Assembly (NCBI RefSeq): GCF_016595525.1
Contig: NZ_JAENII010000011.1
Coordinates: forward strand, 101,450 to 165,449
Length of the DNA: 64,000 nt
Source of the DNA: Haloferula rosea
Lineage (GTDB): Bacteria; Verrucomicrobiota; Verrucomicrobiia; Verrucomicrobiales; Akkermansiaceae
Direction of reading: 5' to 3'
In this document: positions 28,115 to 37,834 of the stretch, piece after piece
Position numbering within the stretch: position 1 is the stretch's first letter
Layout: each line of letters starts with the position of its first letter
Notes under the pieces: generated by a model
The model's input: only the letters and a program-made list of their open reading frames with translations
Told to the model about the DNA's origin: nothing
Database searches by the model: none
Position numbers and translations under genes: made by a program

Positions 28115-29446
28115 ATGATCCCTTCCCTTCGAGAGATTCTTAAAAAGACTACATCGAAGTGCCCGGTCTGCCACGAACTCTGCGCTGCCGAGGTCTGGAA
28201 GGACGGAGGCAAGCCGCCGAAAATCTGGATGAGCCGCACGTGCCCGATCCACGGCATTCACGACCACTGCATCGCCAGCGACGCTCGCTTCCACTGGCTC
28301 TCCACCGGCGATCCCTCAAATGCATGCGGACCCGGGTGCGCCTGCCCGACCGCGGACGGCGGCCCGCTGGGCACCCTCGGACAGAACGCCGACAAACCCG
28401 GAACTCCCGAAACGCTCGCAACCTGCCTCGCTCTGATCGAGATCGTCGACTCGTGCAATCTCGCCTGCCCCACCTGCTTCGCCGATTCCCCGGTCGGGGC
28501 GCATGCCGACCGCCTGCAGGCGCACCCTCTGGATGCCATCAAGACCCGCATCGAAGGCGTCCTCGAACGCAAAGGCGGCATCGAAATCCTCCAGCTGTCC
28601 GGTGGCGAGCCCACCCTCCATCCGGAGCTTTTCGAGTTGCTCGACTGGATCCACGAAGAACCGCGGATCGACTACTGCCTGCTGAATACCAACGGCCTTC
28701 GCATCGCCCGGGAACCTGACTTTCGCACCGCTCTGGGTGAACGAGCCAGACGCGGACACTTCCAGCTCTACCTTCAATACGACGGCCCCGAGGAAGCCGG
28801 ACAGCGCGAGCTCAGAGGCACGGACCTGAGGCCCGTGAAGAATGAGGTGATGGCGCACTGCGACACCGAATGCATCCCCTTCACTCTGGCCATGACGGTG
28901 AACTCCCTGAACCTGAACCAGTGCTGGGGCACCGCCAAAGTGGGCCTGAGACATCCCAGTTGCCGCGGGGTGTCTTATCAACCGATGTTCACCAGCGGAC
29001 GCTCCCCCGATGCCCAGCTCGAACGACTGAATGCCAGCGACATCCTGCTGGCCTTGCTCGATGCTGAAGCCAGCCCGCTGGATACCCGAGACTTCACCCC
29101 ACTCCCCTGCGGTGACCCGAATTGCGCGACCATCGGCTACCTCCTACGCACCCCCCTCGGCCTCAAGAGCATCTCGGAGTTCATCGACTTCTCCGGCATG
29201 CACGACTTCCTCCGCGACAAGGTCCGCTACGAGCTGGAGGACCTGATCAAGTGCGGCTGTGAAAACACCGAGCTGGGTGAACTCCTCCACCGCTTTGAGA
29301 TGGACGAAAGCCACGCCTTCCGCCTTTTCATCAAGCCCTTCATGGATGCCTGGGACTGGGATGAGGATCGCATCGACCGATGCTGCACCCACGTCATCCG
29401 ACCGGACGGCCAGCTCGACTCGTTCTGTCGCTACTACGCCTCCTGA
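28115..29446 (+). CDS. Radical SAM enzyme with N-terminal Cys-rich (zinc-ribbon-like) segment and C-terminal Cys-rich tail; function unknown
   Basis: The core 4Fe-4S motif is CNLACPTC (C-x3-C-x2-C). The N-terminus has CPVCHELC...CPIHG. The C-terminal third carries PCGDPNCATIG, KCGCENTE and DRCCTHVIRPDGQLDSFCRYY, possibly an auxiliary cluster. An SGGEPTL-type SAM-binding motif is present. Confidence 0.7.
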   Translation: MIPSLREILKKTTSKCPVCHELCAAEVWKDGGKPPKIWMSRTCPIHGIHDHCIASDARFHWLSTGDPSNACGPGCACPTADGGPLGTLGQNADKPGTPETLATCLALIEIVDSCNLACPTCFADSPVGAHADRLQAHPLDAIKTRIEGVLERKGGIEILQLSGGEPTLHPELFELLDWIHEEPRIDYCLLNTNGLRIAREPDFRTALGERARRGHFQLYLQYDGPEEAGQRELRGTDLRPVKNEVMAHCDTECIPFTLAMTVNSLNLNQCWGTAKVGLRHPSCRGVSYQPMFTSGRSPDAQLERLNASDILLALLDAEASPLDTRDFTPLPCGDPNCATIGYLLRTPLGLKSISEFIDFSGMHDFLRDKVRYELEDLIKCGCENTELGELLHRFEMDESHAFRLFIKPFMDAWDWDEDRIDRCCTHVIRPDGQLDSFCRYYAS

Positions 29447-29476
29447 ACGCACCAGCTCCGTGGGCGGGATCCCTCC

Positions 29477-30043
29477 CTACTTCCAATCGACCTCGACTTC
29501 CTGCAGCTGCCCACCCCGGTCGTGGTACTTCAGATGACCATGTTCCACCGCGTATTCGTGAACGCACTTGGTCACCTTCACGTCGAACGCGCAGTACTCC
29601 GCGATCTTCATCAGCGGCTCGATGTTCCCGGTCTTTTTGTGCTCCTGCCACCACTTCAGCGCATCCAGGCCATCGGCGGTCTTACCCATCCCGAGTGAAC
29701 CCGCCGCAGCGGCATCCAGCTTCAGCCGGAATCCCAGGATCTCCTGCAAGGCCAGCATCATGTCCAGATTCAGCGTCTGGTTCGGCAGGTCGAAAACCGT
29801 GTACCCCTGAAGCACCGGGTAGTCGAATTCCACGTGGTTCCACCCGACCACCAGGTCGGCCTTGAGGAGTTCTTTGACGAGTTCGTCCACCTCGTCTTCC
29901 CCGTAGACCCGATAGCTCTCGTTGGCAGTGCTGTAGGTCACACCCACCGACATCATCATCTTGTCCTTGTGCGCGGAGCCGCCCACATCCGAGAAGCTGC
30001 GCTGCGTCTCCAGATCGAAATACACGATGTTCTTCTCGGCCAC
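29477..30043 (-). CDS. DnaQ-like 3'-5' exonuclease, DEDDy type (RNase D / proofreading-domain-like)
   Basis: Exo I IVYFDLETQ, Exo II GWNHVEFDYPVL, and Exo III AEYCAFDVKV (Y-x3-D). It is a 188-aa stand-alone domain lying 98 nt downstream of the 1711-aa ATPase gene on the same strand. Confidence 0.55.
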   Translation of the reverse strand: MAEKNIVYFDLETQRSFSDVGGSAHKDKMMMSVGVTYSTANESYRVYGEDEVDELVKELLKADLVVGWNHVEFDYPVLQGYTVFDLPNQTLNLDMMLALQEILGFRLKLDAAAAGSLGMGKTADGLDALKWWQEHKKTGNIEPLMKIAEYCAFDVKVTKCVHEYAVEHGHLKYHDRGGQLQEVEVDWK

Positions 30044-30141
30044 GCGCGAAGCCTAAAGGGCAAGTCGGCGAAAGACAAACCACGGAACGCCCCGAATACG
30101 CAGAATCTTCACAAGACCCGCTTTCTCCCCGCGGCGCACTC

Positions 30142-33100
30142 CTACTCCGGCGCCCTGTCCGCATCCTTGTCGCCCGCCGGCTTCTTCTTCGCCTTCCCGA
30201 TCTTCTTCACCGTCTCCTGGCGGACCTCCGGCTGGATATCGATCGGTGACGACTTGGCGACCTTCTCGATCGAACCGTCCTCATCCTGAACCGGCACCAC
30301 CTTGATATCCACCTGCACCGGGACGGCCCGCAGACCATCGATGATCTGCCGCAGTTGGTCGACCGAGGTCTCACTCAGCGACTGGGGTTTCGAGTAGCTC
30401 GAACCAACTTCCGTGATCGTTTCGCCAATGGCGGAAAGTCCGTCGTTGAACTGAGTGAGCTGCGCGACCACTCGCGCAATCGGATCGTCCTCGCCAGCAC
30501 CCCCGAGCATCTTCTGGCGTCCGAACTCCTTCTTGATCTGCTGCCAACGCTCCGCCTGCACGCCGTCGAGAATCCCCTCCATCTCGTAAAACTTGAGCAG
30601 ATTCGCCTCGGCCGCAGTCGTCAGGTTCTGCGACTCGCTCTTGTAGTGATCGAGCACGATCTGCCGCACCTCCTCCTCGGTCATCAGCGGGAGGACCTTT
30701 TCCGCGATGCGGTTCATGTTCCGATAGGAACCCTGCAGCTTGAAGGGGGGCTCGGTCCGGTAGTTGTCCTCCTGCGCCGCACTGCGGATGTACTCGAGGT
30801 TCACACGCAGAATCGTATCCCGGACGACCAGCAGGTGCTTGGTGGCCGCCACCATCTCGTCGATCTCCGCCGGAGTGTAGTTCCCTTCGAAATCCTCACC
30901 GTCCCGGGAGCCGGTCTCGGCGATCCGGATCAGCGTGAGCACATCCTTCTGCGAGCGGCTGGCCAGCCGCGACAGCGCGCCATTGGAAGTCAGCGAGTTC
31001 TCGATGTAGCTCGACTTGAAGGCCGCTTCGTGACCGCCGAGGATGTCACCCAGGTTGTAGGTGTCCGCCCGGTTCGCGAGCATGTCGGGAATCTGGAACT
31101 TGCCGCCACTCTCGGTGTACGGGTTCCCCGCCATGACGACCGCCACCTTGCGGCCACGCAGGTCGTAGGTCCGCGCCCGGCCCTGCCACACCCCTTCGAT
31201 CTTCCGCTGCGCATCACACAGGCTGATGAACTTCTGCAGAAACTCAGAGTTCGTGTGCTGGATGTCATCGACGTAGATCATCACGTTGTCACCCATCTCC
31301 AGCGCCAGGTTCAGACGGATCACTTCCTGGCGCGCCGATGCATTCGGAGCATCCGCCGGATCGAGCGAAACCACATCGTGCCCGAGCGCCGGACCGTTGA
31401 TCTTCACGAAAGTCAGGCCGAGCCGGTTCGCGACATACTCCATCAAGGTCGTCTTGCCGTAGCCCGGCGGAGAAATCAGCAGCAGCATACCCATCCGGTC
31501 GGTCCGCGTCTCGGATCCAGCCGTGCCGAGCTGCTTCGCCAGGTTGCCCCCGATCATCGGCAGGTAGACTTCATCGAGCAGACGGTTCCGCACGAACGCA
31601 CTCATCACCTTCGGCTTGAACTCGTCGAGCCGCATCGACTCACGACGCTCCGTCGTCAGCTGATGCTTCATCCGCGACAGCGCGCGGAAAGACGAGGCCG
31701 GACCCGCTTCGTGGGCCGCCAGACGTTCGAGGAACTCACTGTAGTGCAATTCAAGCCGCCCGCCTTCAACACACTCGTGATCCGAGCGTAGACCATCGAC
31801 GGAAACCGCCAACTCCACATCCTTCACCGACCGCTGCTCGAATCCACCCCGGGCCAGATGCACGGCAGCCTCATCCACCACCGAGCTCCGCAAACCGTCC
31901 GGTGTGCTCTCAACCACCGACGGATCGGTCACCACGAATCCATCCAGCCAGATCCGCGCGATCTCATAGCGCGGACCGGCAGCCACACCATCCTGCTGGA
32001 AGGGTGATTCGATCCGCTTGGACACCAGGGCATGCTCCAGCGCCTTGGCCAGCCGGGCCGCTTCCGATGAAACGATGAACTCCCCTCCTTCCGCCAACTC
32101 TTCGGCGAGATAATCCACCACCTGTTGGGGCGACACCTCGCCAAACAATCCGGTCTCCTCCTGCCACGCCGTGAAAGCACGCTGCAGTCGACCCTTCCAC
32201 CGGCTCGGCCCTTCACCGCCGGGGAATGCACGGCGCCCCCTCCCGTAGGATTCAAACATGCCTGCCAGATCCTCCTTCGATGGAAGCTCCCACGATTCCC
32301 AGAAAAGGACCGCCGCCGCTCGGGTCCGCGGACCGAACCTCAACAAGCCCGCCTCCGCATGAATCGGCAACAGGGACTCCAACAGCCGCGCCGCATCCTC
32401 ATCATGCACCCCCTTCGTGTATCCTTCCTCATAACGCGGCTGCATGAAGGACTGGACGCTCTTCAAAAGATCATCCGGCATCGCCCCCTCGAAGCGTTTC
32501 AGATACTGCCAAGCAAGATACTCGACCCTCGCCACCTGCGGCGACTCGCTCGGCACCTCCATGTCCCACACCTCCCTCGTCGCAAGAAATGCCTCATCGG
32601 TGACCGGCTCGAAAAACTTGGTTCCCGCGAGGTGAAAAGCCATGCCCTCATCATGGGGCACGATGGTCATCTCCAGCGGCTGGGTGTTCACGCTGAAGGA
32701 GTGCTTCCCGAAGCGCAGCACATTCTGCCCGTCGACATACAACTCCTTGCGATCCTTCAGCTGCCTCACCCCGTCCTCGCGAAGCGTCTTCAGCCGCGTG
32801 CGGATGTCATCCGCCTTCACCGAGTCCCCGAGGTCCTCGAGCTGCCCGATCACATCGCGCACCTTCTCGACCATCGCATCACTCGCGAAATAGGCATGGA
32901 TCTCCTCCACCTCCTTGATGGCGGACAGCCGGTTCCCCACACTGGAGAGAATCCGCTCGGCCGACTTGAACAGGGAACCCGCCCTCTTCTGTCGTGCCTC
33001 GAGCAGCTGCGTCCGGCGACCTTCGAAAGCATCGTAGATCTCTTCGCGACGCCCCGTCAGTTCCTCGATGTACTCATCGAACTCGGCGAATCGGCCTTCC

Positions 33101-35277
33101 AGGTCCTCGACCTGAAGCATCAAGCGGCTCAGGGCCTCATCACACTTCTCCGGTGAGTCGCAGAGGTCGAGCTGATTGGCCAGCGCCTGCGCCAACAACT
33201 TCATCTGCGCCGAGAACTGCGCGTCGCCTTCACCACGGGCCAGTTCCTTGCGCCGATTCCGCAGCGTGCCCCGCGTGCCGTTGAGCTTCGCGAAGAGCCC
33301 CGAAATCCGCTCAATGATCGCCGTGGTCTCAGTCGCATCCGCGATCTTCAAGCCACCCACCACATCAATCAGCATCTCGAGCTCCTCACCCGCCTGATCG
33401 AGTGACTCCGCGACCTCATCGGCTTCAAGCACCGTCGCAATCTTCGGCACCCGTTCCTCCTGGTCCTGGATGGCCGCGGCATACTCACCCAACGAATCCT
33501 CGCCCAACAGGAAGTCGACCGTGCGCTGGGAAAGTGACTCGGTGCCCTCCACCACGCGCTGCTCGAAATCATCGATGTCTTCGGTAAGCACATAGCGGAC
33601 GTCACGCAGCCCGATCACCTCACCACGGATCCGGCGCAGAGCCGCCAGGTTCGCCACCAACCCCTTCAGGTCATCGCCAGGCACCGTGGCCGCACTGCGG
33701 AGCGCTTCGTCCACGGATGCCCGAGCAGCCGCAGTCCGCTCTTCCGCCGTCCTGCGCAGCGCACGCACCTTCTCAAACTCACCGATCGCCGCCTCGGCCG
33801 TGCTGCGGATCGCCTTCAGCGGCTCTGCCAGTTTCCCGCAGTCCTCACGACCGAGCCAGAAATACGAGTCCAGCAGATCGCCAGACCGCTTGACCAGATC
33901 CAGATACAGCCCTCCAAACGAATCATCCTTCGACAGCAATCGCAGCAACTCTCGGGATTCCGCCATGCCCCGGACCAGCTCCGGATTGCCGATCTTGAAC
34001 AGGTAGGAATCCTGGTTCGTCGCGGCCTCCGCCGATGCCTCGTCATCCAAATACGGGGTTTGCCATACTTGGAGCGAGTGGTGCTTCTGAGGTTCACCAT
34101 CGGCGCGGAAGAGGACCAGCGAACCATCTCCGAAAAGCGAATAGCCCGAACACGTGATCGGCGTGTCGATCTCTTGCGCGATTCGGTTGTAGGACAGCAG
34201 CACATACTGGCCGTTCGGACGATTGTAGAACGAGTAGAGGACGTCCTCTCCATTCGAACTCATCACCTTGCGCTCGAAGCGCATGTCGACACGACCGTGG
34301 TCGAAGGTCTTCACCTCCCCGCTCTGCAGCAGGTAGCCATTGGCGAAGACGATGCCGTGATCATCCGGAAGCAGCACACAGGAATCCCCGATGGCATCCA
34401 GACGGTGCACCTTCTGGGTCTTCTCGTTGTAGACCAGATAACGATGCAGCTCCTCCCGGTAGGGAAGGATCTTCAGCAGGATCAGCGAGCCCACCGTGGC
34501 GTAGAATATCTCGGCGTCATCCAGCGTCTGATCGCTCTCCGTCACCGGCTCCTCGTAGATCCCCCGGCCCGACGCCGTGTTGTCCTCGACCTTGACCGTC
34601 AGATCACCACCCACGGTTTCGACGAACACGCGGTCTTCAATCGAGATGTGCGGATGCTCACCACCACGGTGCATCCCCCGGTGGGCACGCAGCCACTCGA
34701 ACTCGTGCTGATCCGGATAGACGTATTCGTGATCGAAGCGATTGCCGACATACTCCAGCGATCCATCCATTCCGAGGACCCACTTGAACACCTTGATGTC
34801 CTCGAGCGTCTTCCCCGTCCGCATCGCAATGAAGAGATGCGGCCCGATGACCATGAATTTCTGGAAGACCGTCTCCCGATAATACTTGTACAGATAGAGG
34901 AAATCCTCCTTGAAGGCTGAAACCCCCAGCACTTCCTCGATCGCCACCGGGTGGAACGAATGATCCTCCGGATTGTAATCATACACCTTGAAGACATCGG
35001 CGATGTCCGTGGTCTGCTTGAGACCGAACTGGATGTTGTATCCAAAAAGGAAACGTCGCTTGCCGATCGCGATCAGATCCCGCGCGACGCAATTGTGTTC
35101 CGTCGAGATCCGCTCGGTGCCGAGCAGCATGGTCTCCACCCCGCCGAACACCTCGAGCCGGTCTTCGTTCAGGCGGTCCAGGCCGCCCTGCAAGGCTTCA
35201 CCATGCTTCGCCAACCGGGCACGGATCACCTCATAGGCTCCGCCCTCAAGTTGGTCAGATTGTTGATCGTCGGACAT
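30142..35277 (-). CDS. Giant (1711 aa) multidomain protein with central coiled-coil region, AAA+ ATPase domain of the AAA_5/MoxR/dynein-like type and Lys-rich C-terminal tail; function unknown
   Basis: Walker A LLLISPPGYGKTTLMEYV, Walker B VMIYVDDIQHTNSEFL, and sensor-like VAVVMAGNPYTESGGKFQIPDMLANRADTYNL match the AAA_5 pattern. There is a ~430-aa N-terminal domain of unknown fold. The C-terminus KKIGKAKKKPAGDKDADRAPE is basic. There is no TM helix. Confidence 0.5.
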   Translation of the reverse strand: MSDDQQSDQLEGGAYEVIRARLAKHGEALQGGLDRLNEDRLEVFGGVETMLLGTERISTEHNCVARDLIAIGKRRFLFGYNIQFGLKQTTDIADVFKVYDYNPEDHSFHPVAIEEVLGVSAFKEDFLYLYKYYRETVFQKFMVIGPHLFIAMRTGKTLEDIKVFKWVLGMDGSLEYVGNRFDHEYVYPDQHEFEWLRAHRGMHRGGEHPHISIEDRVFVETVGGDLTVKVEDNTASGRGIYEEPVTESDQTLDDAEIFYATVGSLILLKILPYREELHRYLVYNEKTQKVHRLDAIGDSCVLLPDDHGIVFANGYLLQSGEVKTFDHGRVDMRFERKVMSSNGEDVLYSFYNRPNGQYVLLSYNRIAQEIDTPITCSGYSLFGDGSLVLFRADGEPQKHHSLQVWQTPYLDDEASAEAATNQDSYLFKIGNPELVRGMAESRELLRLLSKDDSFGGLYLDLVKRSGDLLDSYFWLGREDCGKLAEPLKAIRSTAEAAIGEFEKVRALRRTAEERTAAARASVDEALRSAATVPGDDLKGLVANLAALRRIRGEVIGLRDVRYVLTEDIDDFEQRVVEGTESLSQRTVDFLLGEDSLGEYAAAIQDQEERVPKIATVLEADEVAESLDQAGEELEMLIDVVGGLKIADATETTAIIERISGLFAKLNGTRGTLRNRRKELARGEGDAQFSAQMKLLAQALANQLDLCDSPEKCDEALSRLMLQVEDLEGRFAEFDEYIEELTGRREEIYDAFEGRRTQLLEARQKRAGSLFKSAERILSSVGNRLSAIKEVEEIHAYFASDAMVEKVRDVIGQLEDLGDSVKADDIRTRLKTLREDGVRQLKDRKELYVDGQNVLRFGKHSFSVNTQPLEMTIVPHDEGMAFHLAGTKFFEPVTDEAFLATREVWDMEVPSESPQVARVEYLAWQYLKRFEGAMPDDLLKSVQSFMQPRYEEGYTKGVHDEDAARLLESLLPIHAEAGLLRFGPRTRAAAVLFWESWELPSKEDLAGMFESYGRGRRAFPGGEGPSRWKGRLQRAFTAWQEETGLFGEVSPQQVVDYLAEELAEGGEFIVSSEAARLAKALEHALVSKRIESPFQQDGVAAGPRYEIARIWLDGFVVTDPSVVESTPDGLRSSVVDEAAVHLARGGFEQRSVKDVELAVSVDGLRSDHECVEGGRLELHYSEFLERLAAHEAGPASSFRALSRMKHQLTTERRESMRLDEFKPKVMSAFVRNRLLDEVYLPMIGGNLAKQLGTAGSETRTDRMGMLLLISPPGYGKTTLMEYVANRLGLTFVKINGPALGHDVVSLDPADAPNASARQEVIRLNLALEMGDNVMIYVDDIQHTNSEFLQKFISLCDAQRKIEGVWQGRARTYDLRGRKVAVVMAGNPYTESGGKFQIPDMLANRADTYNLGDILGGHEAAFKSSYIENSLTSNGALSRLASRSQKDVLTLIRIAETGSRDGEDFEGNYTPAEIDEMVAATKHLLVVRDTILRVNLEYIRSAAQEDNYRTEPPFKLQGSYRNMNRIAEKVLPLMTEEEVRQIVLDHYKSESQNLTTAAEANLLKFYEMEGILDGVQAERWQQIKKEFGRQKMLGGAGEDDPIARVVAQLTQFNDGLSAIGETITEVGSSYSKPQSLSETSVDQLRQIIDGLRAVPVQVDIKVVPVQDEDGSIEKVAKSSPIDIQPEVRQETVKKIGKAKKKPAGDKDADRAPE

Positions 35278-35288
35278 TCAGTTAATAA

Positions 35289-35743
35289 CCACAGAATACA
35301 CAGAAAACACGGAATAGGTCAGACCACGAAGCGTTCATGTTCCACTTTGGGGAAATGCCCAAAATTCACCAATAAACCAACCTTCATGCGAGTTGCCTTG
35401 AGGTAGTTCATCAACTGCGCGCGATGGACATCCTCCAACTTCTTGACTGCTTTGATCTCAAGAACCACTTTCTGATAGCACAGAAAGTCCGGCTGATACC
35501 TTTGCCTTAGAAGGCGACCTTTGTATCCCAATTCCAGCTTGGGTTGGGATACGAACGGAACCGATTGATCCTCGAACTCGATCTCGAGGCACTCCTGATA
35601 AACATCTTCAAGAAAGCCACACCCCTTCTCGGTATAGACAGCAAAGCAAGAGCCTAGGATCCTGTAAGTCTCGTCTTTTAGCGGGAAACTCATGGCAATG
35701 GATTCAGAGACTCAAGCTTCGGTGTATTCCGTGTGTTCTGTGG
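35289..35743. repeat. Imperfect terminal inverted repeats bracketing the GxxExxY gene (possible miniature mobile cassette)
   Basis: The left arm is ccacagaatacacagaaaacacggaatagg (35289-35318). The right arm gtgtattccgtgtgttctgtgg (35722-35743) has reverse complement ccacagaacacacggaatacac. The shared cores are CCACAGAA...CACGGAATA. The enclosed segment is about 48% GC against about 60% in the flanks. Confidence 0.35.
35319..35693 (-). CDS. GxxExxY family protein (PD-(D/E)xK nuclease-like fold)
   Basis: The 124-aa protein has ILGSCFAVYTEKGCGFLEDVYQECLEIEF (G-x2-E-x2-Y), ...YQPDFLCYQKVVLEIKAVKKLEDVHRAQLMNYLKATRMKVGLLVNFG. This is the canonical family profile. Confidence 0.7.
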   Translation of the reverse strand: MSFPLKDETYRILGSCFAVYTEKGCGFLEDVYQECLEIEFEDQSVPFVSQPKLELGYKGRLLRQRYQPDFLCYQKVVLEIKAVKKLEDVHRAQLMNYLKATRMKVGLLVNFGHFPKVEHERFVV

Positions 35744-35753
35744 TCGACAAGTG

Positions 35754-37829
35754 CTACTTCAACAGCTTGGAAGCCTTCTCATCGGCAAGACCCAAGCGTT
35801 CCGCTCCACCAAGAAGCCCAAGCAACTTCGTGCGCATTTCGCCCTTGGCATCGACCAACAGCTTGCCGAGCACCGCACCGACGGTCAGGTCCTTGACCTC
35901 TTCCGCCGTTACACCGAACTGCCCGGCCCACTCCCTGAGCTGACCTTTGAAGTACTCCGGGTCGCCATTGAAGAAGGTCTCCTTCACGTCGCTCAGGGCG
36001 TCGCTGTGCTCGAGCAGACGGTCGGCTGACTTGCCGCTCGAAATCGCCCCGGCGATCTGGTCAAAGAACTTCCCTTCACCGCCGATGATCTCGATCTTCG
36101 CCGCCTTCATCGCTTCGCCAAGCACGGCAGCCTGAGCCTCCGCGATGTCGCGCTGGACGTGAATCTCCGCAAGTTCGACCTGCTTCTCCTTCTCCAGCTC
36201 GAGCTTGAACTCCTCGTGGCCCTGTCCGGCTTCCTCGAAGAGCTTCATCGCACCAGCCTTCTTCTCGATGCCATCCGCTTCGGCCTGGAACTTCAGTCGC
36301 TCGACTTCGGCCTCGGCCGATCCCTGCTTCTCGGTCGCATCCGCCTTGGCAAGCATCACCTCGACCTCGCCCAGGCCAATCGCAGCCGCTTCCTTCGCCG
36401 TCGCTTCGGCCAGCATCTTCTTGGCGTTGGCCGACTTCTCGCTCGCGGTCTCTTCCGCCTCGGCGGCAACCACGACCTCCTCGGCCCTCAGATCCGCCGC
36501 CTTCTTCGAGGCTTCGGCTGCCTTGACCTCTTCATAGACATGCTGGTCGGCAGCAAGCTCGGCGGCCTGCTTCACCGCTTCCGCTTCCTTCACCCGGCGG
36601 ATGACTTCCTCCTGAGCCTGGGCTTCAGCCAGCGTCACCTTGACCTGCTTCTCACGATCCGCACCGGCAAAAGCCTCGGTGTCCTTGATCCGCTCCTGCT
36701 CGATGACGACCAGCTTCTCGACCGCCACCCGTTCCTTGATGACGTCCTGGATCGCCTTCTTCTCGACCTCGACCGCCTTCTCCTTGTCGATGTCCTTGAG
36801 CTCCGTGAGGCGCTCACGCTCGATCGCTTCGAGGTGCTGGTCACGCTTCACACGCTCGACCTCGACCACATCCGTCCGCTCCTTGTTGCGCTGGGCAACG
36901 AGCACCTGACGCTGCTTGTTCTCTTCCGCCACCTGGATCTCCTCCTCGGCCGCAATGCGTGCCCGCTCCGCCTTCTGGCGTTCTTCCTCCTGCACCTTCT
37001 GCGTCTCCGCCTCTTCCCGGGCCTTGACCACTTCCACCTCACGGGCCTGCTTGGCTTCCGTCTCCGCCAACTGCCGCTCCAGTTCGAGGATCGCCTCACG
37101 GGCTTCCACATCCTGTTGCTTGATCACCTTCTGCTTGTCGCGCTGAATGTGGTTCGAAATCTTCGCCTGCTCCGCGGTCAGATTGTGGATCTTCTTGATG
37201 CCCTCGGCATCGAGGATGTTGTCCGGATCCAGCGACTCAATCGGCGTCTGTTCAAGGTAGTCGATCGCCGCGTCATCGAGCACGAAACCGTTCAGGTCGG
37301 TGCCGATCACCTTGAGGATCTCATCCCGGAAGGTGTCCCGGTCTTCATAAAGTGACGTGAAGTCAAAGCGCTTGCCCACCGTCTTGAGCGCCTCGGAGAA
37401 CTTCGCATCGAAGAGCTCGCAAATCGCCTCCTGCGAACTCGCACGCTCACAACCCACCGACTGGGCCACGCGCAGCACGTCTTCATCGGCATGATTCACC
37501 CGTACGAAGAAGGCCACCTTGATGTCCGCCCGCATGTTGTCCTTACAGATCAGGCCGTTGCGCGCCGTCCGCGCGATCTCGATCCGCTTCAGCGAGATGT
37601 CCATGATCTCGAGTCGGTGGAAGACCGGGAATACAAGCATGCCGTTGAAGTTCACCCGCGTGCCCCCGAAACCGGTCCGGATCAAGGCAGTGCCCTTCTT
37701 CACCTTGCGGTAGAGCATCGCGTAGGCGAGGCCCACCAGCAGAACCACACTGCCCGCGATCAGAAACGTGAGGACGATGATACTGACCCATCCCGGCAGA
37801 TCAAATATGGCTAATACATTCGGATTCAT
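35754..37829 (-). CDS. Flotillin-family SPFH protein (YqiK/FloT-like)
   Basis: N-terminal TM helix (VSIIVLTFLIAGSVVLLVGLAYAML), an SPFH domain, a very long Glu/Ala/Lys coiled-coil, and a conserved flotillin C-terminus ...KLLGLLGGAERLGLADEKASKLLK. Confidence 0.8.
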   Translation of the reverse strand: MNPNVLAIFDLPGWVSIIVLTFLIAGSVVLLVGLAYAMLYRKVKKGTALIRTGFGGTRVNFNGMLVFPVFHRLEIMDISLKRIEIARTARNGLICKDNMRADIKVAFFVRVNHADEDVLRVAQSVGCERASSQEAICELFDAKFSEALKTVGKRFDFTSLYEDRDTFRDEILKVIGTDLNGFVLDDAAIDYLEQTPIESLDPDNILDAEGIKKIHNLTAEQAKISNHIQRDKQKVIKQQDVEAREAILELERQLAETEAKQAREVEVVKAREEAETQKVQEEERQKAERARIAAEEEIQVAEENKQRQVLVAQRNKERTDVVEVERVKRDQHLEAIERERLTELKDIDKEKAVEVEKKAIQDVIKERVAVEKLVVIEQERIKDTEAFAGADREKQVKVTLAEAQAQEEVIRRVKEAEAVKQAAELAADQHVYEEVKAAEASKKAADLRAEEVVVAAEAEETASEKSANAKKMLAEATAKEAAAIGLGEVEVMLAKADATEKQGSAEAEVERLKFQAEADGIEKKAGAMKLFEEAGQGHEEFKLELEKEKQVELAEIHVQRDIAEAQAAVLGEAMKAAKIEIIGGEGKFFDQIAGAISSGKSADRLLEHSDALSDVKETFFNGDPEYFKGQLREWAGQFGVTAEEVKDLTVGAVLGKLLVDAKGEMRTKLLGLLGGAERLGLADEKASKLLK

Positions 37830-37834
37830 GATAT

